From Paraphysomonas bandaiensis (Eukaryota > Protista > Chrysophyceae), in the NCBI GenBank assembly GCA_965644295.1, contig CBFFRP010000030.1:1-64000 (forward strand): DNA of 64,000 nucleotides, in the 5' to 3' direction. The notes under the pieces were generated by a model. It saw nothing but the letters and a program-made list of their open reading frames with translations, was not told the DNA's origin and ran no database searches. Shown here piece by piece: positions 38,030 through 49,259 of the stretch. Numbering within the stretch: the stretch's first letter is position 1; each line of letters starts with the position of its first letter. Made by a program: the position numbers and the translations under genes.

Positions 38030-38205
38030 AGATTAAAAATTAGACGAATTACTAACGTCACAGTGATTTCAGAAGATATGATGGTTTACTTACATAATCT
38101 TTTAAAGTTGTATCACCTGCTACAGCGTACATTTAACACTACTGACAAAATCCGGCGCCTAATTGCAAAAAAATACTTCACACCAAATGCATATACAAAC
38201 AGTAC

Positions 38206-38734
38206 CTATGCAGTAACACTTTCAGTTCCCCACGAATACTCTCCTTTAGAAAAATAGAAAAATTTCCCACTTACATCATCTTTAAGACGCAGCCAGCCTG
38301 TAACATCCCGTGGTACTTGTCCTTCTTCTGCTACACATCAAAATTAGAAAATATATAGCCAAAAGCAAACAACAACCTGAATCTTTAACGTCCAATTTCA
38401 CCATATCCTCATGCAAAGTATCAGTAGCTGTTTCACTCGAGGGGGTGTCATTCGACTGCGTTTCAGTTGAAGACGCGGCTACAGTGCTGCTGGTCTCCTG
38501 TCCATTATCCTCATCTTCAGGGAAAAAATGCCTCGATTCATTTGAATCATTGGATGAAACAAGAGTCACATAGCTACTAGGAAAATATCCTTTGCATCCT
38601 TCAGAGTCTTCTCCAAACCACCACCCCCCGTCTAATAAGATCACGCTGCTTAATATATCTCCCTGATCAAACGATAGAAACTGCCCTTCAGCTTCAGGGC
38701 CATTGTATGGATACTTCGCGATACACTTCGGCAT
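38206..38734 (-). CDS. SH3 + WW-like domain protein (2 exons; possibly truncated or pseudogenised)
   Basis: SH3 CIAKYPYNG..LSFDQGDIL..DGGWWFGE..KGYFPSSYV. After the intron (about 38376-38331): VTGWLRLKDDVSGKFFYFSKGEYSWG, then TAG immediately before a GT donor-like site. Confidence 0.7.
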
Positions 38735-39009
38735 TGTTATGAATTCAGATCAACGAAGTTCGAACAAGGAAGGGCTGTTGCTATGGTGCTATTGCTGTGA
38801 TGTTATCAATCTATAATCTATACATGTGTGTATATAGAGCAGTTAGTGATGCCCGTATTTCATACGTATTATACGTATTTCGTATTTTCTCCAATATACA
38901 TACCATACATATACATCTGCATATGCATCTATCTCATGTACGGGGCGGGCAGTCATGCTATGCATTGTCAACTCAGCAGTCCAGTGATGGTATAGGCCTC
39001 ATATTGCCA

Positions 39010-40353
39010 ATGCTGCCCAGATCAATGCACAGGCTTCTGTTCATTACGTTTATTATAGGCATGATTTGTCATAGCTGCATTGTTGAGGGTAGAAGTGCAG
39101 GGAAGAGCTTCGGTGTGGGGCTGAGGTTGCCTGCACTAAAGAATGCATTCAATACCAGGATACAGAAATATTCGTCGGACGATAACTTATCCTCTTCACC
39201 CTTGATAAGTGGTCTAGTTACTCTAAAAGGAGGGAAATCTACGCAACCTGTGCCGAAGGTGCGTACGCAACTGACACTGTGACAACTACTGTCTTACAGA
39301 CTATACAGAGATATAATATTAAGAAGGTTATTGAAGAACAGCTGTTACAGGTTCCCCTAGCGACCAGGATTCACCTTGTACTTGCTCTTTTTTGTACAAT
39401 TATACATATGTTTGGTGCCCCGGCTCCAGCCCTCTTTGCTTTGGACCCAGCTCGGCCACTGGAGTTGTGGCGGCCATTTACATCAATGTCATACTTAGGT
39501 CCCCCCAGCATGTCAATGGCAAACAGTTTATATTTTTTGGTTAAGTATGGTCAAAGGCTAGAATCAACACACGGAACGGCAACTCAGCTCTGGTTCTTGT
39601 TAGTTCAGACGGTTATTCTTACTGCTCTCGGTGCTCTGTTTCGCGCCCCATTCCAAGCAAGGGCATTGATTGCAGCTCTGGTGTACACTGCTTGCAATAT
39701 AAATCCATCAGACAAAATGTAAGGCATAGAAAAATGAAATTCTTTATTATTTTCGTTTGTGGTGTGTAGAATCTTGCTTGTGATTGAATTCTAGTGTGGT
39801 ATTGATAACCGAGTCTAGCATGCTCTGTAATAGATACGTGTCTGTGTCTGCCTATGCTACTTACCGAGAGGAATTTTCTAATATATTTCAATGCAGGCAC
39901 TTCAACTTCGGATTAACAATTTCTTCCTGGCAGCTTCCTTTTTGCATGATGGGCATTGAATGTTTGTCGGTAAGTATTGTTCTGCAGCGTGTGGTTAAAT
40001 TAATCTTTTTGTCTGTTAATGCTGTGTTTCGCACAATGTTAATATGGCATACGAGTATAACGCTGATATTCTTGTAGTACCAGTCTATTGTGGCAGCATG
40101 GCCACACTTGATGGGTATCTTCAGTGGGCACGTGTTTCACTTCTTCACAAAGGTGTGGCCGAATATATCTGGTCAAGAGTATCTCGCCACGCCACGTACC
40201 TTCGTGGATGTATTTGAGAAGAGAAACAGAAACAACTTTGAATATAGCGATACTAGTTTGCTAGATAGTGCACTTAAAGCTACCAAAATAAGCTCTAATA
40301 AAATAGATAGGAAAAAGAGAGGGAAAGGGGAAAGATTAGGTAGTGCTACTTAA
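39010..40353 (+). CDS. DER1: Derlin (Der1) with N-terminal bipartite leader; probable symbiont-type sDer1 of SELMA
   Basis: Exons 39010-39258, 39300-39718, 39897-39969, 40078-40353. Signal peptide HRLLFITFIIGMICHSCIVEG, S/K/R-rich spacer ending LKGG, Derlin motifs VPLATR, ELWRPFTS, LMGIFSGHVFHFF. Confidence 0.82.
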
Positions 40354-40500
40354 TTGTCTATTTGTATTAAATAACACTATGAGAAGGTCAAAAACTGATC
40401 GATGTTCATTTATAGTTATGGCTACTGGCGAAAACTATAACCCCAATTTGTAAATCAGCTGTGCTGCAGGTTGCTAGTGTGCTATAATAACAGTTTTAGC

Positions 40501-40819
40501 TGTTGAGTTCTGCTATATGAGAGCAATTGAAAGCTGTAGTTATAAGGTATTTAAATTACTGTATTATACAGTTGTAGTCTTGTTAATCGTATTGTGAGAA
40601 TGAATGACGATAAGCACATAGCGGTAAAACGGAATATTGTGACGATGCAAGTTGTAGTGACGATGTAAGATCGTCGTACGAGAAATGAGTGGTAGTGGAG
40701 ACAACATGATATTGATGAATGATAAGAGACATTGATTATAATTTATAATTCTCAGCTTTGAGTATAAGTTACCTTCTGTTGTTAAGTTAATACTTCTCAT
40801 ATAATGTCAAACCTTGACA
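40501..40819 (+). repeat. 5' LTR
   Basis: TGTTGAG...CCTTGACA; no differences seen versus 45714-46032. Confidence 0.95.
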
Positions 40820-43800
40820 TGGTAGCAGACGGTAGTTCCGCAAGTAGTTCGGAATGGAAACACCTTCCGAAGTTCGATCAGTTCGGTGTTGTGAACTGGA
40901 CGAAGCGATTGAGAGTTTGGCTTATGAGAAAGAATCGGAACCATCTTGGGTTGGAAGAGCGACCGCATCGACCTGCTGACAATGCGTCCACAGCTGTGAA
41001 AAACAAGTATAAGGAAGACCTCGACAAGTGGTTGGAGAGGAAAGACACCTGCATCAGTTCCATCTTCGAAGCTGTTCAACCTGTGGCGGAGGCGCTTGAG
41101 ATTGTTGATCAATACTTCCGAGAGAAGGACATGCTTCCACCTGATGATCCCGATAAGGAGATGTTAGCAAGTGAATTGGTAAATAAATTGGTTATTAGAT
41201 TTCGTGGGGAAACCCAGTACGAATTGGTGGAACTGAATAAACAGTTTGCGTCATTTAGAATTCTACAGGGGGAGCTGGTGTGTACAGCCATTGATCGACT
41301 GAACGGAATTGTCCAAAAAATGACGGAACTTGGTGAGCCGCCAACTGACGTATCCAAAAAAACGAAGCTGCAGACTGCGCTGGAAACGAGGAAGGATCTG
41401 GAGCAGCTGTACACAAACATCTACCTGAAAGGTGATATTTCATTTAATGAGATGATCACCATTTGTAGGCGCTTCGACCAGGCAAAGGGTCTACCACAGG
41501 AGTCTTCTGCACCGGAAGTACATTGGAATTCTTCTGATCAAGAGGTAACATGCTCATACTCTAAATGTGGAAAACGAGGTCACACGCAGAAGAACTGCTG
41601 GATGAAGAAGAAAGATCTGAAGATCTCCCAAATGAAGCGCAATGGTAAAAACAAGCATCGAAGAGAGCAATCAGAATCCAAAAGAAGTAAGTCAAAAAAT
41701 GGCGCTGATGATGATGGATGCTTTGTGTGTGGCGTATCTGGACATCGAGCTCATGAATGCAGACATCGAGCTCAAGTTCGAAAAACAAGGAAAGCGGAGG
41801 ATTCTGTTAACAAAAAACGACATTTTTCCGAAAAAAACGGTACGATGGAAAGGCCCATCAAAAAGAGCTCGGACTGGAATCGTTATCTTCAAAGAGACGA
41901 GCAAGAGGATGATTCTGTGCACATGTTGTTATATGATGAATCGAGTAACTTAGAAGTGAATGTTGCAGATGAGGTGCTGCATACTTCTGAAGACATTGTA
42001 TTTCTAGACAGCTGCGCGTCGAAACAACTCTTCATCATCAAGAACAGTGATATTCTACAGACATTTGTTGCAGACGAAGGAGCCATTCAGACAACCAAAG
42101 CGGGATCCAGCTTACGATATACTGGCTCAGGCAACTATGGTGACTGGACAAAATTAAAGGTATGCCCCGACTCAGTCAAGAATATTTGTTCGGGAGGGAT
42201 GCTTCGTACGCTTGGATATGGACTTCAGCTGCTAGAGACCCCAAAAATAGTGCGATTGGATAATGCAGAAGTTGTTCTTGAAGCTAGGTATTCAGATAAT
42301 GGAATGCCCTTCGTTGATCTAAAGGACTTGTTGGAGTTACCTGACTTGACGAGTTTAGCTGCAGAAGTACATCTATCGGATAAAACAAATGAAGACCCTC
42401 TGGAATTGCTTCACAAACGATGCGGGCATGTCAGCAAGCGCAAGCTATTAGAAGCTTTCAAACATCGGTTGTTCACAGGGAGTGGCCTTAACAGATCTCA
42501 TCTGAGTAAGAAGAGTCTTCAGAAAACCAAGGGTATCTGCAAAGCCTGTGCAAAGTCGAAGATTACCAGAATCTCGTTTCCTGGGAAGAGTGATGAAGAG
42601 CTACAGGCGACAAGGTTTCTGGAAAAAGTAACTGTCGATATAGGAGTATATTTCAATTGTCCATCTCGACAGGGATACCGGTATGTATTAGCGTTGACAG
42701 ATGTGGCCACCAAGGAATGCTGGGAGTTTCCGTTGAAAACTCGGACCGCAAGTGAGGTGTTGGAGCACATTAGGAATTGGGTCGAGGTTCTTCTTCCCAA
42801 GTATCCAGGAGTTCATCGACTATCTGTGTATCATGCCGATGGGGGAGCCGAACTCATTGATAAGTCTATTCAGGAGTATCTTCACAGCAAGTTTGGCACC
42901 TCAATTACGTGGAGCTCTACGGACTCACCTGAGATGAATGGCGTGTCTGAGAGACGTTTTCGAACCGCGGGAGAGATGACTCTTGCAATGCTGTCAGATG
43001 CTGGATTCCCAGTTCCATTCTGGTGGGATGCCTACGTATATGCATCTGAAATTATTCGCATGATGCCCACTCGGACCTACCGCGGATGGATGTCTCCCAT
43101 GGAGTGTGTACCTGGAGGTTCTGTTCCGGATTTATCCAGTTTACGTCGATGGGGGTGTAAAGCTTATGTGAAGACTCCCAGGGGTGATCGTCGAAAAAAT
43201 TGGCAAGGCAAATCGCAGATTGGATATTTTTTAGGTCTCTCCAAAAAGAAGAGGGGATACAGAATATGGCTAGGAGAGTCCGAAGTTGTGTCAATACATG
43301 TGTTATTCGACGAAAGCATTCCCCCCAGAGAGAAGGAGTATTTCGAGGAGCTGGAGGCTGCGTTAGTTAAACATGATCCCCAGGCTCGACAGGTTGAAGA
43401 GTTCAACCATTTGATTGGATCTTACCATACCGATGAGGGTTTCCTGTTTAGGACTACGAGAGTCGTGGTTCGGAAAGGTTTGATCGTGGCTTATAGAGCC
43501 TTAGTAACTGCTGGTAGAGAGCAGTTGGAGGAGAAGACTCCGATACATATAGCTGATGTAGTGAAACTAACTCAGTCGTATAATTTGCGCAGGTGGCACG
43601 AAAATCCTGCGACCCGTGACGATGGGGCAGGTGGTGAGGAGCGATCGATGCCGGCTGGGGGTGGGACACCCAAACAGTCTACGGCAGATGACTCATCAGG
43701 GAGTGAGCAGACTCCATGTGCCTTACCCGAGAGAAGCGTGAGCACTTCGTCTAGAGAGACAAGTGTGTGTGTCCCTAGTAGTCAAACTGCTAACCCGCCA

Positions 43801-45570
43801 GCTGCTATAAGCAAGAGGGTACGAACCCAAAGAGTGATGACCAACGTGTCTACTCTGGGTGAAATCAACTTCCTGTGTGGGGAAGATGCCGTTAATATGT
43901 GTAAGGCAAGTGATGACTCATTGATTACTGACCCGTCTGATTATAGGGAGCCTGAGTCATACGAAGAGTCTCTTCAGTGTAGTGATGCAGACAAATGGAA
44001 GGAGGCGCGCAGATTAGAACGGAATGCACTTTTTCAGCGTGAAGTGTTTGAAGTAGTAGAAACTCCGCCTGATGCACGACCTCTTAAATCTCGTTACGTA
44101 TATAAGCGAAAGTACAATAAGGATGGCTCCATCAAGAAGCATAAAGCACGACTTGTAGCACTTGGGTACGGTCAACAATCTGGCGTCGATGTGGACAACA
44201 CATTTGCCCCTGTAGTCAAGAGTATATCTGTTCGGTTGATTCTGGCGTTGGCTCTTGTGTTCAGTATGTTTGTGCATCAACTCGATGTCTCCAGTGCGTT
44301 CTGTTATGCCGATATTGAAGGCGACGTTTACATGAATCCTACTCCAGATTTTCAACTTCCACCTGGACATTGTTTTAAATTGAAGAAATCTCTATATGGA
44401 CTCCGTAGTTCACCACGATCATGGTGGAAAACCATAAACAAGTTCATCAAATCCTTGGGATTTCGACCGTGTGTGTTAGAACCTTGCTTGTATCATGCTG
44501 TATATAAAGGTCATAAAGTGTATCTCACCATATATGTGGATGACATCGTCATCGCATGTGCTGACCTTAATATTATTACAGAAATAAAAGCTAGATTCTG
44601 CGAACGATTCGACATGACGGATATGGGAGCCGTTGAACATTTCCTGAATGTTCGTGTCACGCGAGGACAGGATTTCATTCAGCTGGATCAGCAGACATAT
44701 GCGGAGAAAATTCTTCTCAAATTCGCTGATTTCCTCGGTCCCTCATCAAAAATCCGAAAGTCGCCGCTACCCCTCGATGCAATGGACAGAATTAATCAAG
44801 CAGACAGCGATCTCACACCTGAGGAGAAAGAGGGAGTAGATAATTATCCTTATCGCAGCCTACTGGGTGCCATGTTATATCTATCTATGAATACTCGCCC
44901 TGATATTGCATATGCAGTTGGTTTGTTATCTAGATATGCATCTAAGCCTACCCGGGCTACATGTTATTTAATGACGTACCTATTGCAGTACGTTAGGGGT
45001 ACAGTTCGAAAGGGTATTCGGTTCAGTAGTAAGCACTTCGACATGCACATCTTTACTGATGCAGACTGGGCTGGCGATGTGGTGTCACGCCGATCTACGA
45101 CTGGATACATAGTATTTGCCGCCGGTGGACCACTTATCTGGCAGTCCATTTTACAGGCTACCGTTTCAACGTCATCAATGCAAAGTGAGTATCAGGCTAT
45201 GTATGCTGGCATGCAAGAACTGGTATGGCTTCGGGGGGTGTTGGACGAATTAGGACTCCGTCTACGCGAACCCACACCATTTTTCTTGGATAGCCAGAGT
45301 GCTCGTGACTTAGCATTGAATCCGGTGTTCCATAAGCGTTCAAAACACATCGAGATCAAATACCATTGGGTTAGGGAACACGTAGATCCAGATGGCCTCT
45401 TTAACACTGCCATATTGTACCACGTTGGAACAGATGATCAGACAGCAGACATATTCACGAAATCGTTGTGTGGTGTAACTTTCGAGAAACACAGGAAGAG
45501 ATGCCTAGGAGAGGATCGAAAATCATCTGTTGAGGTTATTAGAGAAAAGACGTTCAAACGACGTAAGTGA
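40804..45570 (+). CDS. Copia gag-pol polyprotein (gag, 2 zinc knuckles, PR, IN, RT, RNaseH)
   Basis: CFVCGVSGHRAHEC, protease VFLDSCAS, LLHKRCGH..CKAC, integrase D..HADGG..VSERR, RT KARLVALG/LKKSLYGL/IYVDD, RNaseH TDADWAGD..HKRSKHIEIKYH. IN precedes RT. Confidence 0.97.
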   Translation: MSNLDMVADGSSASSSEWKHLPKFDQFGVVNWTKRLRVWLMRKNRNHLGLEERPHRPADNASTAVKNKYKEDLDKWLERKDTCISSIFEAVQPVAEALEIVDQYFREKDMLPPDDPDKEMLASELVNKLVIRFRGETQYELVELNKQFASFRILQGELVCTAIDRLNGIVQKMTELGEPPTDVSKKTKLQTALETRKDLEQLYTNIYLKGDISFNEMITICRRFDQAKGLPQESSAPEVHWNSSDQEVTCSYSKCGKRGHTQKNCWMKKKDLKISQMKRNGKNKHRREQSESKRSKSKNGADDDGCFVCGVSGHRAHECRHRAQVRKTRKAEDSVNKKRHFSEKNGTMERPIKKSSDWNRYLQRDEQEDDSVHMLLYDESSNLEVNVADEVLHTSEDIVFLDSCASKQLFIIKNSDILQTFVADEGAIQTTKAGSSLRYTGSGNYGDWTKLKVCPDSVKNICSGGMLRTLGYGLQLLETPKIVRLDNAEVVLEARYSDNGMPFVDLKDLLELPDLTSLAAEVHLSDKTNEDPLELLHKRCGHVSKRKLLEAFKHRLFTGSGLNRSHLSKKSLQKTKGICKACAKSKITRISFPGKSDEELQATRFLEKVTVDIGVYFNCPSRQGYRYVLALTDVATKECWEFPLKTRTASEVLEHIRNWVEVLLPKYPGVHRLSVYHADGGAELIDKSIQEYLHSKFGTSITWSSTDSPEMNGVSERRFRTAGEMTLAMLSDAGFPVPFWWDAYVYASEIIRMMPTRTYRGWMSPMECVPGGSVPDLSSLRRWGCKAYVKTPRGDRRKNWQGKSQIGYFLGLSKKKRGYRIWLGESEVVSIHVLFDESIPPREKEYFEELEAALVKHDPQARQVEEFNHLIGSYHTDEGFLFRTTRVVVRKGLIVAYRALVTAGREQLEEKTPIHIADVVKLTQSYNLRRWHENPATRDDGAGGEERSMPAGGGTPKQSTADDSSGSEQTPCALPERSVSTSSRETSVCVPSSQTANPPAAISKRVRTQRVMTNVSTLGEINFLCGEDAVNMCKASDDSLITDPSDYREPESYEESLQCSDADKWKEARRLERNALFQREVFEVVETPPDARPLKSRYVYKRKYNKDGSIKKHKARLVALGYGQQSGVDVDNTFAPVVKSISVRLILALALVFSMFVHQLDVSSAFCYADIEGDVYMNPTPDFQLPPGHCFKLKKSLYGLRSSPRSWWKTINKFIKSLGFRPCVLEPCLYHAVYKGHKVYLTIYVDDIVIACADLNIITEIKARFCERFDMTDMGAVEHFLNVRVTRGQDFIQLDQQTYAEKILLKFADFLGPSSKIRKSPLPLDAMDRINQADSDLTPEEKEGVDNYPYRSLLGAMLYLSMNTRPDIAYAVGLLSRYASKPTRATCYLMTYLLQYVRGTVRKGIRFSSKHFDMHIFTDADWAGDVVSRRSTTGYIVFAAGGPLIWQSILQATVSTSSMQSEYQAMYAGMQELVWLRGVLDELGLRLREPTPFFLDSQSARDLALNPVFHKRSKHIEIKYHWVREHVDPDGLFNTAILYHVGTDDQTADIFTKSLCGVTFEKHRKRCLGEDRKSSVEVIREKTFKRRK
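40820..40837 (+). promoter_or_regulatory. Primer binding site (probably initiator tRNA-Met)
   Basis: TGGTAGCAGACGGTAGTT directly after the LTR; TGGTAGCAGA is complementary to the usual tRNA-iMet 3' end. Confidence 0.7.
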
Positions 45571-45700
45571 TCAGTTGACTGTGCTGTGAGACTAGCTGAA
45601 ATGTCGGAGTCATACGTCCACCTGTTTGTCCTGTTTGGTTTCGGTGGTTGCGTATCCGTCAGTTATGTCTTGTGATGTGAAGAGTCTATCTACAGCTTTG

Positions 45701-45713
45701 AATTGAGAGGGAG
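45701..45713 (+). promoter_or_regulatory. Polypurine tract
   Basis: AATTGAGAGGGAG immediately before the 3' LTR. Confidence 0.85.
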
Positions 45714-46032
45714 TGTTGAGTTCTGCTATATGAGAGCAATTGAAAGCTGTAGTTATAAGGTATTTAAATTACTGTATTATACAGTTGTAGTCTTGTTAAT
45801 CGTATTGTGAGAATGAATGACGATAAGCACATAGCGGTAAAACGGAATATTGTGACGATGCAAGTTGTAGTGACGATGTAAGATCGTCGTACGAGAAATG
45901 AGTGGTAGTGGAGACAACATGATATTGATGAATGATAAGAGACATTGATTATAATTTATAATTCTCAGCTTTGAGTATAAGTTACCTTCTGTTGTTAAGT
46001 TAATACTTCTCATATAATGTCAAACCTTGACA
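45714..46032 (+). repeat. 3' LTR
   Basis: Matches 40501-40819. Confidence 0.95.
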
Positions 46033-47720
46033 TTAGCTTACATCTTTCCAGAGATGAAACCTTTACCGAGGACGGGCCATAGTGTAGCGTCATTGTTGGA
46101 CTAAACTAAGAAATTCATAGACTTTATTAAAATCCAAGCGTATGCTTTGCGTGTGACGCCAAGCAAGATAAACACTATACTTGCGTGGCCCAAACATAAC
46201 TACAAGAATCCCCGGGGAAGGAGGAGAAGAGCAAAGACAACGACTTGCTAGGCCTGTACAATCGCAATACATATATGAGTCATGGTTTGATACACGAAGC
46301 CCCACGTAAACTTGTCGGGAGCAAATGTATCCTCTACAAAACCTTTGTTAACGTGAAGGTGGCACTCGTATAATCATAAGGTGAACTATAATCTATATGG
46401 TCAACCAATTGGTTGACGGGCGTGCGGGTGGATTATCAGCAAAAAAAAATAGCGTTATATTAGTATACCGATGAGTCTACATTATTGCCAACCTGTCGGA
46501 ATGGGCTGGAAGTGATATGATCTGACTAGGTAATTAGTTACTACTTATGTTATCCAAAATTGTGATATTACAAAATACGTCACTAGCATCATCTCATCCT
46601 TCTGATAGCAGGCACTAGGCCACCTTCAGTTTAGTAACAATACTTCAGTTTCACAGCTCCATAATTACAAAGAACTATACAATACATCTACAGTTTCTCC
46701 CAATCTCTTTCCCATGCATTGGTGTAAGTAGTCACGAATTGTACCCTACCCTCAGCGAGCCTTGGTCTAGTTTAGATTTCCTCGAAGTAATCTTCCACCA
46801 CTAAACCGCTAAAACCATCATTGCAATCGGCAGCGGCGGGGCCTAATGCTGATCGACCCGTCCACGACATTCTGACCGATATGGCGCAAAGCCAACGCCC
46901 GACACCACGCTCAGGAAGCGCCCTCCAGTAAAAGGTTGAAGGGTAGTCCAAACCCTGTAAAATAGTTTTCAGGTTGAATTTAGGCTAAAGTCAATGCCTG
47001 TATGCACTGTGGGGAAGAGTTGTATGGATGACACAGTTGTAGAGAAGCGTACAGATGCAAATATGTAATGGCTTCATGAGGAAAGAGCGCTAGTACGACT
47101 ACAGGTAGTTGATATACTCTCCATTAGTACTTTCAACTCAAAGAATTCATACCCGATACTGTGAATCAGATAACAGGGACTGAGTTCTGACAGGTGTACA
47201 TGTATACGAGAGTATGATGGACGATGACTACCATCCACTTGCTAAGGACTAAAATAAGGCCATATATAGTCGACTCAAGCCTTAATAAAATACCGCAGTA
47301 CTGGAGGTAGTATGTAGCGAAGTGTACCTCAGTGATCTGGATACAGAGTCACTTTCTCTAATTCTGAAGAAGAAGGCTGCTGCAGTCTAAATTAGTACTG
47401 CCTTCAATACTGGGACAGCAGAAGATAGTAGAACGAAGGAATACCTGGAATACCGAAAACGAAATCTCTATTTTTCCATGATACGACTACAAAAAAAAAC
47501 ATACGTGTGGGCTCGTACAACCCCACTCTGCACATTGATGCGATGATTCGATAGGCACAATCGTCACTCTCCAAAGTAGCACGTCGCATACATGCCGCTA
47601 ACCTTAACAAGGAATTTCTACGATAATTTACGTCTATGAATTTTCATTGCTAATGAGCATGTTATGGCGTCTGAGATAGACACATTGTGTTAACTTTTGC
47701 GGTTATTGTCAGCTGTCAAT

Positions 47721-48922
47721 ATGAGTCCGCCTATGGAAGCCTCACAGTGCAGCGTCATAGTGAACTACCTTCCTTTAGATGTTGATGATGAGCAACTGAG
47801 AGTAAGCAACCCTGCTGAAATGTACTGACAGTAATATATTATTATAGAAAATGTTTGCCGATTATGGGGAAATAGTAAAGGCGTATGTCGCAAAGAATAA
47901 ATCCTCTGGAGCGAGCTTGTCTTACGCATTCGTCACATTTGCTCGAAAAGAGGAAGCTGTAGCTGCAATAGCCGCATTGAATGGGATGCAGGTGGGGAGT
48001 AAGCATATTAAAGTGAGTTTCGCAAAGCTCAAGCAAGGAGACATCCATAACAGAAAGCTTTTTGTGCGCTGTCTTCCTCTCACTTACACAGAAGAGCAGA
48101 TACGAGACCTGTTTGCAGAGGTAAGCTTGTAGTTGCTATTATCGCTCAGAAATTTAACTTATTTTGTGCTTAGTATGGGGATATTATTGAATGTCGCCTT
48201 CTGTTGGAATCAGACAAAGTTACTTCCAGAGGCTGTGCATTTGTTGAATTCAAGAGTGCCGCGGAATGTGAAAACGGTATTTACCCTTTACTTGTTGGCG
48301 CTTTGTGTCTGATATTGGTTTAGCAATAAATAGTCTGAACAATAGTGTACCTCCCGGTGCTACAGCTTCCATCTGTGTTTATTATGCTCGCCCTCCTCCT
48401 GGAACAGAGAATACAGTTGACACGCCGAGAGTTCCTCATCTTTCATGTACCCCTCCGACAAACTGGGCCACTGCGCCTCCCACCATGGGTCCGCTACCTT
48501 CGTCTCACTATCCATCCTCACCATGTAGAGCTTACTCCCCTAGTGCAGGTGTACATATGGCACATTTCCCTCCTTCTCCTGGTCGGAATGTATCGCCGTA
48601 TCCTCACTCGCCTGTTCGCATAGAACAAAGCGGAGTATTCTCGTTCGCGAGTAGTGTGCAAGAATTAAATGTGAGAGTCAGTGGACTTCCTCCATATGTG
48701 AATCTTAAGCAATTTCTTGATTTGTTTGAACCCTACGGGCATATTGTGTCCGCTGGACTGGACCATTCTCTCAACTCCGCAGGTATAATGTCATTCGGCA
48801 CCGGACGCTTGCGCATTGTGACTACTCAGGAACAATTGCAACTCATGATTCGTAGTATCCATAACTACGTTGTTTTTGATGGGTATCCTCCGCTTCAGCT
48901 GACGATTCAACATTCAGCTTAA
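47721..48922 (+). CDS. ELAV/Sex-lethal-like RRM RNA-binding protein, copy 1 (4 exons)
   Basis: Exons about 47721-47801, 47848-48120, 48174-48276, 48324-48922. RRM1 VIVNYLP..SLSYAFVTF..LNGMQVGSKHIKVSFAK, RRM2 KLFVRCLP..SRGCAFVEF, Pro/Ser linker, degenerate RRM3 VRVSGLPPY. Confidence 0.85.
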
Positions 48923-49259
48923 TAGCTTAATGGGTTTATTACGAATTTAGTTCTAGATATATTGAAATGGTAACTTCTTTGCACACTCCACATCATGTGA
49001 TTGATTAGCACCCTTGTTTTATGAAATGTACTAGTGAGGGCGTTTTTCGTACACTGAGTCTTGTTAATGTGTAGTTGGAGATATTTGACACACGTTTGTC
49101 GTGTGTTGATGTGATTAGTTTTTTACTTCCTTCTCAGATATATCATATCATATATGAGTACTTGTTCAAGGAATATACGTTTTTTATAATGTACAATAAA
49201 TGACGTCAGTTTTTTAACTACCTAGCTAAAGATACTTGAGAAGTTTTATGCTATTATAA

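Larger units (their letters stand above)
40501..46032 (+). mobile_element. Intact full-length Ty1/Copia LTR retrotransposon
   Basis: Two 319-bp TG..CA LTRs, TSD TTAGC (40496-40500, 46033-46037), PBS, PPT and a single uninterrupted polyprotein. Confidence 0.97.

Noticed and set aside
38100-38210. In-frame TAG codons next to splice sites suggesting stop-codon reassignment
   Set aside because: TAG terminates several otherwise complete genes here (DnaJ, PPIL6, RFWD3-like, CAP-Gly), so the standard code fits.
40564-40800. 78-aa ORF repeated at 45777-46013
   Set aside because: Non-coding LTR sequence; the repetition simply reflects the two LTRs.
46638-46656. 18-nt match AATACTTCAGTTTCACAG to 9299-9316, possible LTR terminus
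   Set aside because: No second terminus or TSD could be defined; too little to call an element.
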